Translations under genes and position numbers: made by a program
In this document: piece by piece, positions 55,368 through 64,000 of the stretch
Position numbering within the stretch: position 1 is the stretch's first letter
How the letters are laid out: every line of letters begins with the position of its first letter
Notes under the pieces: model-generated
Told to the model about the DNA's origin: nothing
The model's database searches: none
What the model saw: the letters and a program-made list of their open reading frames with translations, nothing else
Virus record (IMG/VR): IMGVR_UViG_3300021964_006850
From: an uncultured virus (IMG/VR IMGVR_UViG_3300021964_006850)
Taxonomy: Duplodnaviria; Heunggongvirae; Uroviricota; Caudoviricetes
Length of the DNA: 64,000 bases
Reading direction: 5' to 3' (one strand)

Positions 55368-57959
55368 TTAATTATATCCAAACTTCTTTTGCCCATTCAG
55401 TGGAAAGTAAGCCACTCTGTTTGGACCACCATGTATTGTAGTATTTGTTGTGTAATCATCTGTGTTGCCTGAATCATTAAGATTATCAACAGCATTTGAT
55501 TCAAAATATTTTTTAACCTGTGCTGGAGTCCAGTCTGGATGTGCCTGTGTTAAGAGCCCAATCATACCACACATCTGTGGAGCCGCCATTGAAGTGCCTG
55601 AATATTTTGCTTGTCTATAACTTGAATCTGCAAAGTACGATGAACCTTGATTGTTAGGCTGAGCACTTATAATATATCTTCCAGCAGTGTAAATGTTTAC
55701 ACCAGGGCCTGATTGACTGAATGTTGTTTTCTTGTCACGGTATACAGCACCGTCTAACACATCACTGTTTTCTAATGCACCTACCATGAACCCTTCATTT
55801 AAATCTCCCACAGGATTATCCTGAGTTGCTGTTTGTGTAAATGTGTCACCACCTTCATTCACTGAAGGAGTACCACCTCTGTGATAGTACATATAATAAG
55901 TGTTACCTGATAAAGTAAATGTCAAATAGTTGTCATAATCAACACCGCCCGGAATATCCATTTTCATTGAATCATTGCCAGCGGCACAACACACATGAAT
56001 TCCGTTATTGATTAATGTTTCCACATCGGCATCTTCAGAAGCAAATTTTCTTGGAAACCCATATATACCTCCACCTTGTGCTTCTCCAATTAATCCTCTG
56101 TTTTGTAGGTTGGCATATGTGGTATCTGTGTGTGTAACACCTCGGTATCTGCCACCTGTGATGTCATAATAAGTTGTGCCATTGAATGATATTGCATTTG
56201 GAGTGGTTGTTGTTCTTATGTACCACGCATAACCAAAACTCATATTGACCACAGTGGGTTTTTTAGCACCAGTGTCTGGCAAGGTTGGTTTAGCGTTGTG
56301 CCAATCTATTAGTGAGTCAATGGTATCAGTCCATGTTATTGAGTTACCTGAATTTGCATACAGTGTTATATTGTATATGTCAGAATTTTTACACCAACCA
56401 AATGTTTTTCCTGCCATGGTTCCAACACAGTGTGAACCGTGACCATTTGTATCTGTGTAAAAGTTTGCTGGCTGTGTGCCAACATTATTTGATTCCGTGA
56501 ACCAATCGATCTGTTTTAATCTTATTTCTGAATCAGCAATGTAACCTGATCTACCTGCGGCATAAGGATTACCAGTGTCGCCGTTACGGAATAAACTTTG
56601 TATGGTTTCTAAAGGAATTTTTGAAATACACGGTTGTATCCATGTATAAAAAAATTCAGCACCTAACGGGTTATTTGCTTGAATGCCTGCTGGAGTACGC
56701 ATATCGTCTGTCCACTCTGGTGATAGACTTCCGCCTTGCCATAAACTTGTATAATCAAACATACCGAAGTTTAGCAAGTACAAATATTCTTTTGCCGCTA
56801 CTTCAAAAGCATCGCCGATAGTTTTCCAATCATCTGGATTTAGTTGATAACCTGATGGATCCCATTTACCTGCATCGTATGCCTCCACCATTGCATTATA
56901 CAAATCACCAGTGTTCCAATCGGAACTTATATATGGATATAATTTTATATCCTCTGCAGGTAACCCGTGCATATGTAACGTATGAAAAACGTGTTCGATT
57001 GCCTCTTGAGCATCTTCGTTACCATTGCCTGCAGGACCACCTGTTGAATTCAAATACCACACCATGTCATTTTGTACATGAGTGTCATACAAGTTTGTTA
57101 GATTCCAAAATTCAGTGCCTGCATCAGTTAAGAAGTTTGTGGAGTAATCGTCACCTGCACCTTTGGCTACTCTTTGTATAGTTGGAAGTCCAGCGTGATA
57201 AGTTCCAGCATCTCCTTTTAATGTTTTAATAAACAGTTCTTGAAATTGTGAATTAGTTTGAGATGTTGGTCTGGTGAACCATTTAAATAATTGTGCTACT
57301 TTTCTAATCCATTCGTCTGGCACTGCTGTTTGTCCACCCACAGCACCTGCCGCCATTATTCTAACGCCGTTTACTGTGAGTTCTCTCTTAAAGAAATCGC
57401 TACCGTCTCCGGTTACGTTTTGTACATCACCACTGGTGTATACAGTTGGTGCTACATAATTTGTTTTATTCCATTCAGGGTGTCCTACTTGAATTCCTGT
57501 GTCCACAATAACCATGTCAACGTCTGTACCATCTAAAACATAATCATATGTGCCACCTGGATCTGCTGTGCTGTTATTAAATGTATTCGTTTGATTGATG
57601 TGTCTTAACAATCCCCAATTGTCTTGAGTGCCTGATGAAGTTGAACTTCTATTAAAATTTCCATTTTGCAATGCACGAGGTTTTGGTTCAGGAATGTCTT
57701 CAACTGCCTGTACAGCCAGTATTCTTGAATCTTGTCTTAATTTGATTGCTTCTGCTTCTGAAAGATTGTAATGTGTGTTTCTTGGATTGTTTGGACGTTC
57801 TTTACAGCACTCGCACACTCTGTCAGGAACAATGTTTGAATCTACAGAATCATCTGCTGAAGTGTCTCGACACAATTCATCATGTATAATGTGCCAGTCC
57901 ACATCTTTTCGGACTGTAACAATGTATTCTCTTTGTGTATCTAAATCTGTTGTTATCAT
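55368..57959 (-). CDS. subtilisin-like (S8) serine protease with large internal insertion
   Basis: triad VDTG / HGSHCVG / GTSMAAP, oxyanion AAGND. Confidence 0.85.
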   Translation of the reverse strand: MITTDLDTQREYIVTVRKDVDWHIIHDELCRDTSADDSVDSNIVPDRVCECCKERPNNPRNTHYNLSEAEAIKLRQDSRILAVQAVEDIPEPKPRALQNGNFNRSSTSSGTQDNWGLLRHINQTNTFNNSTADPGGTYDYVLDGTDVDMVIVDTGIQVGHPEWNKTNYVAPTVYTSGDVQNVTGDGSDFFKRELTVNGVRIMAAGAVGGQTAVPDEWIRKVAQLFKWFTRPTSQTNSQFQELFIKTLKGDAGTYHAGLPTIQRVAKGAGDDYSTNFLTDAGTEFWNLTNLYDTHVQNDMVWYLNSTGGPAGNGNEDAQEAIEHVFHTLHMHGLPAEDIKLYPYISSDWNTGDLYNAMVEAYDAGKWDPSGYQLNPDDWKTIGDAFEVAAKEYLYLLNFGMFDYTSLWQGGSLSPEWTDDMRTPAGIQANNPLGAEFFYTWIQPCISKIPLETIQSLFRNGDTGNPYAAGRSGYIADSEIRLKQIDWFTESNNVGTQPANFYTDTNGHGSHCVGTMAGKTFGWCKNSDIYNITLYANSGNSITWTDTIDSLIDWHNAKPTLPDTGAKKPTVVNMSFGYAWYIRTTTTPNAISFNGTTYYDITGGRYRGVTHTDTTYANLQNRGLIGEAQGGGIYGFPRKFASEDADVETLINNGIHVCCAAGNDSMKMDIPGGVDYDNYLTFTLSGNTYYMYYHRGGTPSVNEGGDTFTQTATQDNPVGDLNEGFMVGALENSDVLDGAVYRDKKTTFSQSGPGVNIYTAGRYIISAQPNNQGSSYFADSSYRQAKYSGTSMAAPQMCGMIGLLTQAHPDWTPAQVKKYFESNAVDNLNDSGNTDDYTTNTTIHGGPNRVAYFPLNGQKKFGYN

Positions 57960-57966
57960 TTATACA

Positions 57967-59838
57967 TTACGAGACAATGGCTCTATCACTGACTCTTCTC
58001 CAATTTGTTCCATCGTAGAAAGCAGGAATTGATCCACCTGTTTCATCTGTACAAAATACCATAGCACCTACTGATGATACTAATGTGCTTAACTGTGTTA
58101 CTGTTTTATTAACCAACTTCATAGGAGCATCGTTAATAATTTCGTCTACAGGATCAAGCGTAATAGTTGTTGGTGATGATATAGTGTAAGTGCCTGTTAA
58201 TGTGTTTGGTGCATTAATAGACTCTGTAATAATGTTTGTAATTGTTAGTGTGTCAGATACTGCGTTATATGTGAAGCCTGCATCACCGGCAAATGCTCCA
58301 TTATCGTTATACTGTACTTGTGTATCTGTTCCACCCGGAGTACCACTACCGCCACCACCAGATGCTGTAAATGTAATTGTTCTATTTGTTGCTGACGTTG
58401 TAATAGTCATGCCTGTGCCGGCAATTAGTTCGATACTGTCTAATGTACTTTCAGCACCAATTATGCTTTGTCCTGCTACAGTAAACTCTGCAAAAATATT
58501 TTGATCTTCGTTTGGTGATGTATTTGTAATTGTAAGTGTATCAGCAACAATCTGTGTGCTAATACCAGTACTACCAATAATGTTAAGTGTATCAGTCGCT
58601 GTGTCAGCAGTTGTATTTCCTGTTTCACTTGAGAATGTTGTAAACACGTTTTGCGGAGTAGTCGCAGAATCCACATATGATTTAATAGCACTCTGTGTTA
58701 CAAGTCTTGTTCCACTATTTGCAGTAAATGCACTATCGTTATCAATACGGTTGACTGTAACAGCATCACCGGCAAAGTTTAAACTTGTTGTAGAAGTTAG
58801 TGTTCCACCACTTAGTGTGCTTGTAAACGTAAAGTCACCAGCACCATCTGTTTTTAAAAACTGATTTGCATCACCGTCTGTAATGCCAATGTCTGTCAAT
58901 GTTGCTGGAGAATCTGTAATGCCATATCCTGCCAATGTAGTTGGTGTATTTTGTACGTCTGAAAAGTTTGGTTCGTTAGTTTGATTAACCCAACTAATTC
59001 CGTCATACCCTAAAATTTGTCCGCCTGTTGGATTTGAAATAGAAAGATCTGATAAATCGTTTATTGCATAACTTGGTTTGTTAGTAACGTTATTCCAATC
59101 CAAATAGTGTGTGCCATCAAATCCGTCAAGTGTATCTGCGTTAAGTCCACTACCGCCTGATGCAATATCATCTCCAGGTACCCATCTTAATCCATTCCAT
59201 TTTAAAACTTGTCCTGTTGATGGTGGAGTAGTTTGTGTATCAACATCAATCATGTCACTGATGTCATTTGGAATAATTGGCTTATTGCTTAGATCATTGT
59301 AACTTCCGGTAGTTGCTACAGTTGCTAAACTTGGTCTACCAGTAATTTCTGAGTATGCTATTGCAGTGTTTACCCAAGCAGTTCCGTTGTACTTTAAATA
59401 TTGTGCATTGGCTGGTGCAGTAAGGGTAACGTCAGTTAGTCCATCAAGTGCAGTTGCACCTCCACCACCACCACCTGAGCCAACACCAGTTGCTTCGATA
59501 GTTAATGTGTTTGCTTGATCATTGTATGTAAGATTAATACCAATACCAGCAACAAGTAAATTTGCTACACGATCGTCAACACGTTCGTTTGAAAAATAAA
59601 GTTTTGTACCTTCAACAATATCGTCTGTATCTTGTGGAATAGTTGGAGTACCAATTAGGTCAGCATATTGACCACTGAAAGGATTATACAGTACTCCCGC
59701 GATTGTTAAACTTGTTGCGGCAACATTACCTGCGCCTACAATACCTGAACCAGTTAAGTTAAGGTTATCACCGATGGGTAATTCTTTTAACTTATTACCG
59801 TCATCTGTATCTACAATTAGTGGTATTCTATCTGCCAT
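57967..59838 (-). CDS. tail fibre-like structural protein
   Basis: repeated L.D..DV...P..GQ.L.W.G..W modules, PTTLAGYGITD, Gly runs; TATAAATA at 59857-59864. Confidence 0.7.
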   Translation of the reverse strand: MADRIPLIVDTDDGNKLKELPIGDNLNLTGSGIVGAGNVAATSLTIAGVLYNPFSGQYADLIGTPTIPQDTDDIVEGTKLYFSNERVDDRVANLLVAGIGINLTYNDQANTLTIEATGVGSGGGGGGATALDGLTDVTLTAPANAQYLKYNGTAWVNTAIAYSEITGRPSLATVATTGSYNDLSNKPIIPNDISDMIDVDTQTTPPSTGQVLKWNGLRWVPGDDIASGGSGLNADTLDGFDGTHYLDWNNVTNKPSYAINDLSDLSISNPTGGQILGYDGISWVNQTNEPNFSDVQNTPTTLAGYGITDSPATLTDIGITDGDANQFLKTDGAGDFTFTSTLSGGTLTSTTSLNFAGDAVTVNRIDNDSAFTANSGTRLVTQSAIKSYVDSATTPQNVFTTFSSETGNTTADTATDTLNIIGSTGISTQIVADTLTITNTSPNEDQNIFAEFTVAGQSIIGAESTLDSIELIAGTGMTITTSATNRTITFTASGGGGSGTPGGTDTQVQYNDNGAFAGDAGFTYNAVSDTLTITNIITESINAPNTLTGTYTISSPTTITLDPVDEIINDAPMKLVNKTVTQLSTLVSSVGAMVFCTDETGGSIPAFYDGTNWRRVSDRAIVS

Positions 59839-59856
59839 TTTGTTTTCCTATACTCA

Positions 59857-59864
59857 TATTTATA
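59857..59864 (-). promoter_or_regulatory. T4-type late promoter TATAAATA
   Basis: exact T4 late consensus upstream of a structural gene. Confidence 0.6.
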
Positions 59865-60300
59865 ACGCCGCTATTCTTGTTTGGAAGTCTGCAAAGTCGG
59901 CACTTGCCGCTACTTCTGTTTTTAATGTTGCTATACTTACGTAACCTGGAATTGTTCCGTTAACACCATCTACAAGTAATGTTGAATTATCAGCAAAAAC
60001 TGATCCTACTAAATCACCAACTACAGGACCAGTATGTGTTCCTACTGTATTGTTGTTAAGTGTTCCACTTACTACTGATGCAGGAATTAATCCATTAACA
60101 GCATCAACAAGTAGAGTACTATCATCTGCAAAAATACTTCCTTTGGTATCTTGAACTTGAGCAACAGTTCCATCTTCGAGTACAGTTACTTTTCCATACA
60201 GTTCTGTAAAGTTATCATTGACTTTGCCAAACGCTGTACGGATTGGATCTCCGTCTCCTTTGTTTGCACTTGAACCAATGTTTATAATTCTCTGTGCCAT
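59860..60300 (-). CDS. baseplate/tail protein with gp9/gp10-like N-terminus
   Basis: INIGSSANKGDGDPIRTAFGKVNDNF; two GS.FAD.STLLVD repeats. Confidence 0.65.
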   Translation of the reverse strand: MAQRIINIGSSANKGDGDPIRTAFGKVNDNFTELYGKVTVLEDGTVAQVQDTKGSIFADDSTLLVDAVNGLIPASVVSGTLNNNTVGTHTGPVVGDLVGSVFADNSTLLVDGVNGTIPGYVSIATLKTEVAASADFADFQTRIAAL

Positions 60301-63300
60301 TATACTCTCCCTACCACTGCTTCAATAGTGCCATAGCCGGGATCCTCCTTGGCTTGCAATGCTTTACCTATCACAGTTCCTACTTTAGGATCTTGGCTTG
60401 CAATAGCATAACCTGGAATACTTGCTGAAACAAGCATATCACCTTTGCGTACTACGCCAACTACATTTACAGGAACTCTACCCTGTAATGCAATCGCTGT
60501 AACATGATCGCCCTCTGCACCTGCGTTCATTAAATAACCTGGTTTCTCTGAAACAACACCTGCTACCCTTGTGTCATCTTTCATAGAAGTAACTGTTACT
60601 TCTTGTTCGCCACCAAATATTAATACACTACCAATTTCATAATCTGCATCTGCAAGATAGTTCTCTGCCAAGTCAGCGTATAGTGCTGTATTTGCTTGAG
60701 CACTTGTTGAAATTGCATAAACATTTTGAAAGCGTTTTAGTGTACTACCTAAATCATATACATCAGTTTCACCTGGTAACAGTGTTGTATTAGTTACAAC
60801 AAGTCTTGCTGTGCCACCTGTAACAAAACCAATTTGGTCTGCTGATGTAAATCCAGTGTCTGCACCAATACCAATACCAGTTGAACTATTATCACCTTCA
60901 CCTGGTGCTTCAACAAATGAAGTGTAAGTCCAGTCAGCGGCTATGTAATTTTCGCCAGCCAACGCACTGTTGTTTTGGAATGTACTTTCTGCAGACTTAG
61001 CATTACCTATGTTTAGGTTACCAATCATATTATTGTTAGTAACTCCGGCGCCTGTTGTTTGTGAACTTAAGAATAGTGTCGAACCTGGATTTGTAAAGTT
61101 TACAGTTGTACCTGACGTATCAATAATTCTTGCACTATCAACTTCTAATGCTTGTACATTAATTGAACCATCTGTGTGTGTTTTGACAATAGCACTCGGT
61201 GCACCAATTGTAGTAAATGTACCTCCTGATTCTACAATAGTTGAGAACGGAATAGCACTTACATCACCTGTTGCACTATCACCTTGTGCTCTACCAATTA
61301 CACTGTCATCTGGAATGTTTGCTAATTTTTCAATTGGTAGTTGACCATCGTCAATGCTAATAAAGCCGTTGTTGCTACTAAACACAACACTATCAAATAC
61401 TGCAAGACCTAAGTTGCCTTGTGTTATTCCTGCCGCTGATGCTCTTACACCAGCCGCCTGCATATTAAGTTTGCTTTGTGCAATTTGTGCACCAGCGTTA
61501 ACATCTGCGTTTACAATACTGCCGTCGGCAATACCTGTCGAAACAGTTTTATCTGCGGCATTATATGTAAATTCAAAGTAACCTGTTGGTGTAGCAGTGT
61601 CCCAATTAGAACCTGTCCAAACAATAATATCATTATTATCTCTGGTACCATTTGCACCAGTACCATACATTAGAGAATCACCAAATGGTGTTCTACCATC
61701 TACATAACGTTTGTTAGTAGCATCAAATGGATCACCTGGATCTCCTAATGCTGTTAGATTATTGTTTCCGAAACTAATGTTTGCACTTGGTGATGTTGAA
61801 CCATCACGTGCAATAAAGCCAGCACCAATTGGATTTGTAACTGCAAGTGAAGTTTCGTCAATTCCTAAACGTCTGTTTACATAACCTCTTACTGCTGATT
61901 CAGTTGGTGCAGAGTCAACAGCATTATCTGTCATACCATCATCACTTGAGAATTCAGTAATAACAACACCACGTTTAAATCCAATACCATCCAAGTTACT
62001 TAAAGCAATACTTGCGGCAAATGTAACTCGACCTGTACCTTGGTCAACTGTAAAGAATCTACCTACACGGAAGAAACCGTCTTGGTCAGTTGATACATAG
62101 AACACTCTACCTTTGTCACGTTCTTGTACTTCGTTTGCTTGTTGCGGTTCTTGTGGTGCACCAAAAATCTTACTTGGATAGTTAGAAGTATTAAATCCTC
62201 CTGATCCAATATCGTTGAAGTCATGTCCAGTTGCTCTTGCTACAGAAATATTAACTGTAAGTCCTGCATTTTCACCGTTGGCTAATCCAACACGTAAAGT
62301 AATTGCATCTGAAGATGCTACTGGAGAATGTAATCCTGCCGCTACGATCGAATCGCCTAATGCCGCATCGTTAATATCACTGACATCTTCAATAGTAATT
62401 AAACCATAATCTGCTTTTTGTGAATAACTTAGAATTCTATGTGTCTTACCATCCCAGGCAAAAATCATATCACCGTTGTTAAGTCTGTTAACTTCTGATT
62501 GTTCTGAGAGTGTTGTAATAGCAATTACAGTGTCACCTGCTGTAGCACCTTGTGTACCACTTGGTGCATATGTAGTATCCGAAACATAATTTTGGTCTAC
62601 TATCATTCTAATGTAATCATAGTTAGAATCAAATGTGACCAACTGCTGATTAGCACCTGGAAGTGCGCCACCAATAGCATCAGCCCCGTTAAACGCAATA
62701 GTTCTATATGTAAAGTCATCTTGCTCGTCAAACACAATAGCAGTTGATGGTCTAATAACTGCTGTTTCTTCGAGGTTATCAAACACAAAGTTTTGTAACT
62801 GTCTAATAACAACTTTTTGGTTATTTGAAAGTGCTAATGCTAAACCGTCATTACCGGTAATGTTTAGTTTGTAAATAGTACCATTTCTTGAAGCACCTGC
62901 AACATCTGTTTCATCTGTAGATTGAATACTTGATACTTCATACCTTACAATACCTGTCGAACCACCGTGGTCTATTTCAATCTCTGAAATGTTAGTAGGA
63001 ATATAATCTACGTCATAGACATATATAATGTTTTTACCTGCAACGTTAATAGCACTTGTACCGTTATCAAATACACGAGCAGTCTGTACCATTTTCTCTA
63101 CAAGAGTAATTTGATCAATAACTTCATTTGGATCTGAGCCTGCCGCTACCAAACCATAGTTACCATTTGAGTTAGATCCGTTTAGTGATCTAATCTGCGA
63201 ACCGTTGTTTGCCATGTATGCCGCATGACAGTAATAAGTGAATGTTGATACTTGCTCTGTTAGTGCGCCGTTGTTAACAACAATACCGTAACCTAAATCG

Positions 63301-63998
63301 TTAACCTGTGTATAGTCGTTTGCTAACATTGAAGTGTTACCAGCACTTTGTAGTACAATATCTGTAAAGTCTGCAAACTGGAATCCATTGCCATCACCTG
63401 ATGTTGGATTTAGGAATAGTGTTGCAGTACCTGCCGCCTGGTCATAATTTGTAACAGCATCAACTTGATAACGTACACCTTGAATATAGAAAGGACATGG
63501 TGTTTCTGGACGTCTTTGTCTTAGTCCACTACCAACGCCACTTGATACGTTTAATGTAAATGCATCATCTTTGCTAACAACAGTCATTGTTAGGTTAGAT
63601 GTAAAGTTATCAATATACATACCACCTGCGAATACTTGTTTGTTTTGTGATCTACTAAACGATCCACAAACCTGTACGTAAGGTGATTTAATTAGAATCT
63701 GTCCATCTGGGTCAAGCACTTGAGCAAAACCACCGTGACCCTGCATTGTAACGTTCATGATTCTGTTTGAATCGTTCATCATGAACACATCAATTTCATT
63801 GTTGTTCTTAGGTGGATTGTAATTAGTATCAAATGCAAATTTAACACAGTCAATCAAGTTATTGTGGTTAGTTAATGCATTAGATTCTGCTACTGCTTCT
63901 GCTGTAGTATTCTGTGTTACAGTTGATTGTCTACTATCTGCAAATGCTGTTTTTGCTAATACTGCCGCACCAATTGTTTTAATGTAGTTGATTGCGTC
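60300..63998 (-). CDS. very large virion structural protein, 5' truncated by window edge, with C-terminal chaperone/peptidase-like domain
   Basis: frame open to window end; C-terminal ADLAENY...VAGVVSEKPGYLMN...ALQGRVPV...IGKAL. Confidence 0.75.
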   Translation of the reverse strand, partial: DAINYIKTIGAAVLAKTAFADSRQSTVTQNTTAEAVAESNALTNHNNLIDCVKFAFDTNYNPPKNNNEIDVFMMNDSNRIMNVTMQGHGGFAQVLDPDGQILIKSPYVQVCGSFSRSQNKQVFAGGMYIDNFTSNLTMTVVSKDDAFTLNVSSGVGSGLRQRRPETPCPFYIQGVRYQVDAVTNYDQAAGTATLFLNPTSGDGNGFQFADFTDIVLQSAGNTSMLANDYTQVNDLGYGIVVNNGALTEQVSTFTYYCHAAYMANNGSQIRSLNGSNSNGNYGLVAAGSDPNEVIDQITLVEKMVQTARVFDNGTSAINVAGKNIIYVYDVDYIPTNISEIEIDHGGSTGIVRYEVSSIQSTDETDVAGASRNGTIYKLNITGNDGLALALSNNQKVVIRQLQNFVFDNLEETAVIRPSTAIVFDEQDDFTYRTIAFNGADAIGGALPGANQQLVTFDSNYDYIRMIVDQNYVSDTTYAPSGTQGATAGDTVIAITTLSEQSEVNRLNNGDMIFAWDGKTHRILSYSQKADYGLITIEDVSDINDAALGDSIVAAGLHSPVASSDAITLRVGLANGENAGLTVNISVARATGHDFNDIGSGGFNTSNYPSKIFGAPQEPQQANEVQERDKGRVFYVSTDQDGFFRVGRFFTVDQGTGRVTFAASIALSNLDGIGFKRGVVITEFSSDDGMTDNAVDSAPTESAVRGYVNRRLGIDETSLAVTNPIGAGFIARDGSTSPSANISFGNNNLTALGDPGDPFDATNKRYVDGRTPFGDSLMYGTGANGTRDNNDIIVWTGSNWDTATPTGYFEFTYNAADKTVSTGIADGSIVNADVNAGAQIAQSKLNMQAAGVRASAAGITQGNLGLAVFDSVVFSSNNGFISIDDGQLPIEKLANIPDDSVIGRAQGDSATGDVSAIPFSTIVESGGTFTTIGAPSAIVKTHTDGSINVQALEVDSARIIDTSGTTVNFTNPGSTLFLSSQTTGAGVTNNNMIGNLNIGNAKSAESTFQNNSALAGENYIAADWTYTSFVEAPGEGDNSSTGIGIGADTGFTSADQIGFVTGGTARLVVTNTTLLPGETDVYDLGSTLKRFQNVYAISTSAQANTALYADLAENYLADADYEIGSVLIFGGEQEVTVTSMKDDTRVAGVVSEKPGYLMNAGAEGDHVTAIALQGRVPVNVVGVVRKGDMLVSASIPGYAIASQDPKVGTVIGKALQAKEDPGYGTIEAVVGRV

Positions 63999-64000
63999 AG

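Noticed and set aside
2034..62812. Many plus-strand ORFs antisense to genes (e.g. 37265-38825, 41775-42296, 54851-55441)
   Set aside because: Shadow ORFs caused by codon bias of the sense genes; S/L/F/P-rich, no motifs
1..64000. tRNA, rRNA, CRISPR array, integrase/transposase, intein, intron or stop-codon recoding
   Set aside because: Intergenic gaps are short and none were recognised; genes are intact under the standard code

Overview
This window is an AT-rich, gene-dense segment of a large lytic dsDNA phage with T4-like (myovirus-type) gene content. The host is probably an aquatic Gram-negative bacterium; the FdxA-type ferredoxin and ClpA are compatible with a proteobacterium. Almost all genes are on the minus strand. 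In transcription order (right to left) it holds: tail and baseplate structural genes including an S8 protease; a DnaE fragment; GroES, MazG and clamp loader; ferredoxin, parvulin, ThyX, dCMP deaminase and PhoH; a lysis cassette; DnaJ, Def and ClpA; a block of probable head-packaged, protease-processed polyproteins; rubrerythrin; a family B DNA polymerase, exonuclease, MBD4-like glycosylase and putative clamp; a 7-deazaguanine DNA-modification locus; a 5'-3' exonuclease; a MoxR/VWA pair; and a plus-strand TauD/GNAT/oxygenase island. The modification locus has a DpdA-like transglycosylase, a DpdL-like QueD paralogue, a glycosyltransferase, a PRTase, a HIT protein, FolE and QueE, but no QueC or canonical QueD in the window. 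Near-consensus sigma70 promoters (several apparently leaderless) and a recurring T4-late-like (G/A/T)ATAAATA motif are visible. The best candidates for new biology are a possibly glycosylated deazaguanine DNA hypermodification and the Glu-cleaved head-cargo polyproteins carrying cationic two-cysteine peptides. All assignments come from motif reading by eye; no database searches were run.
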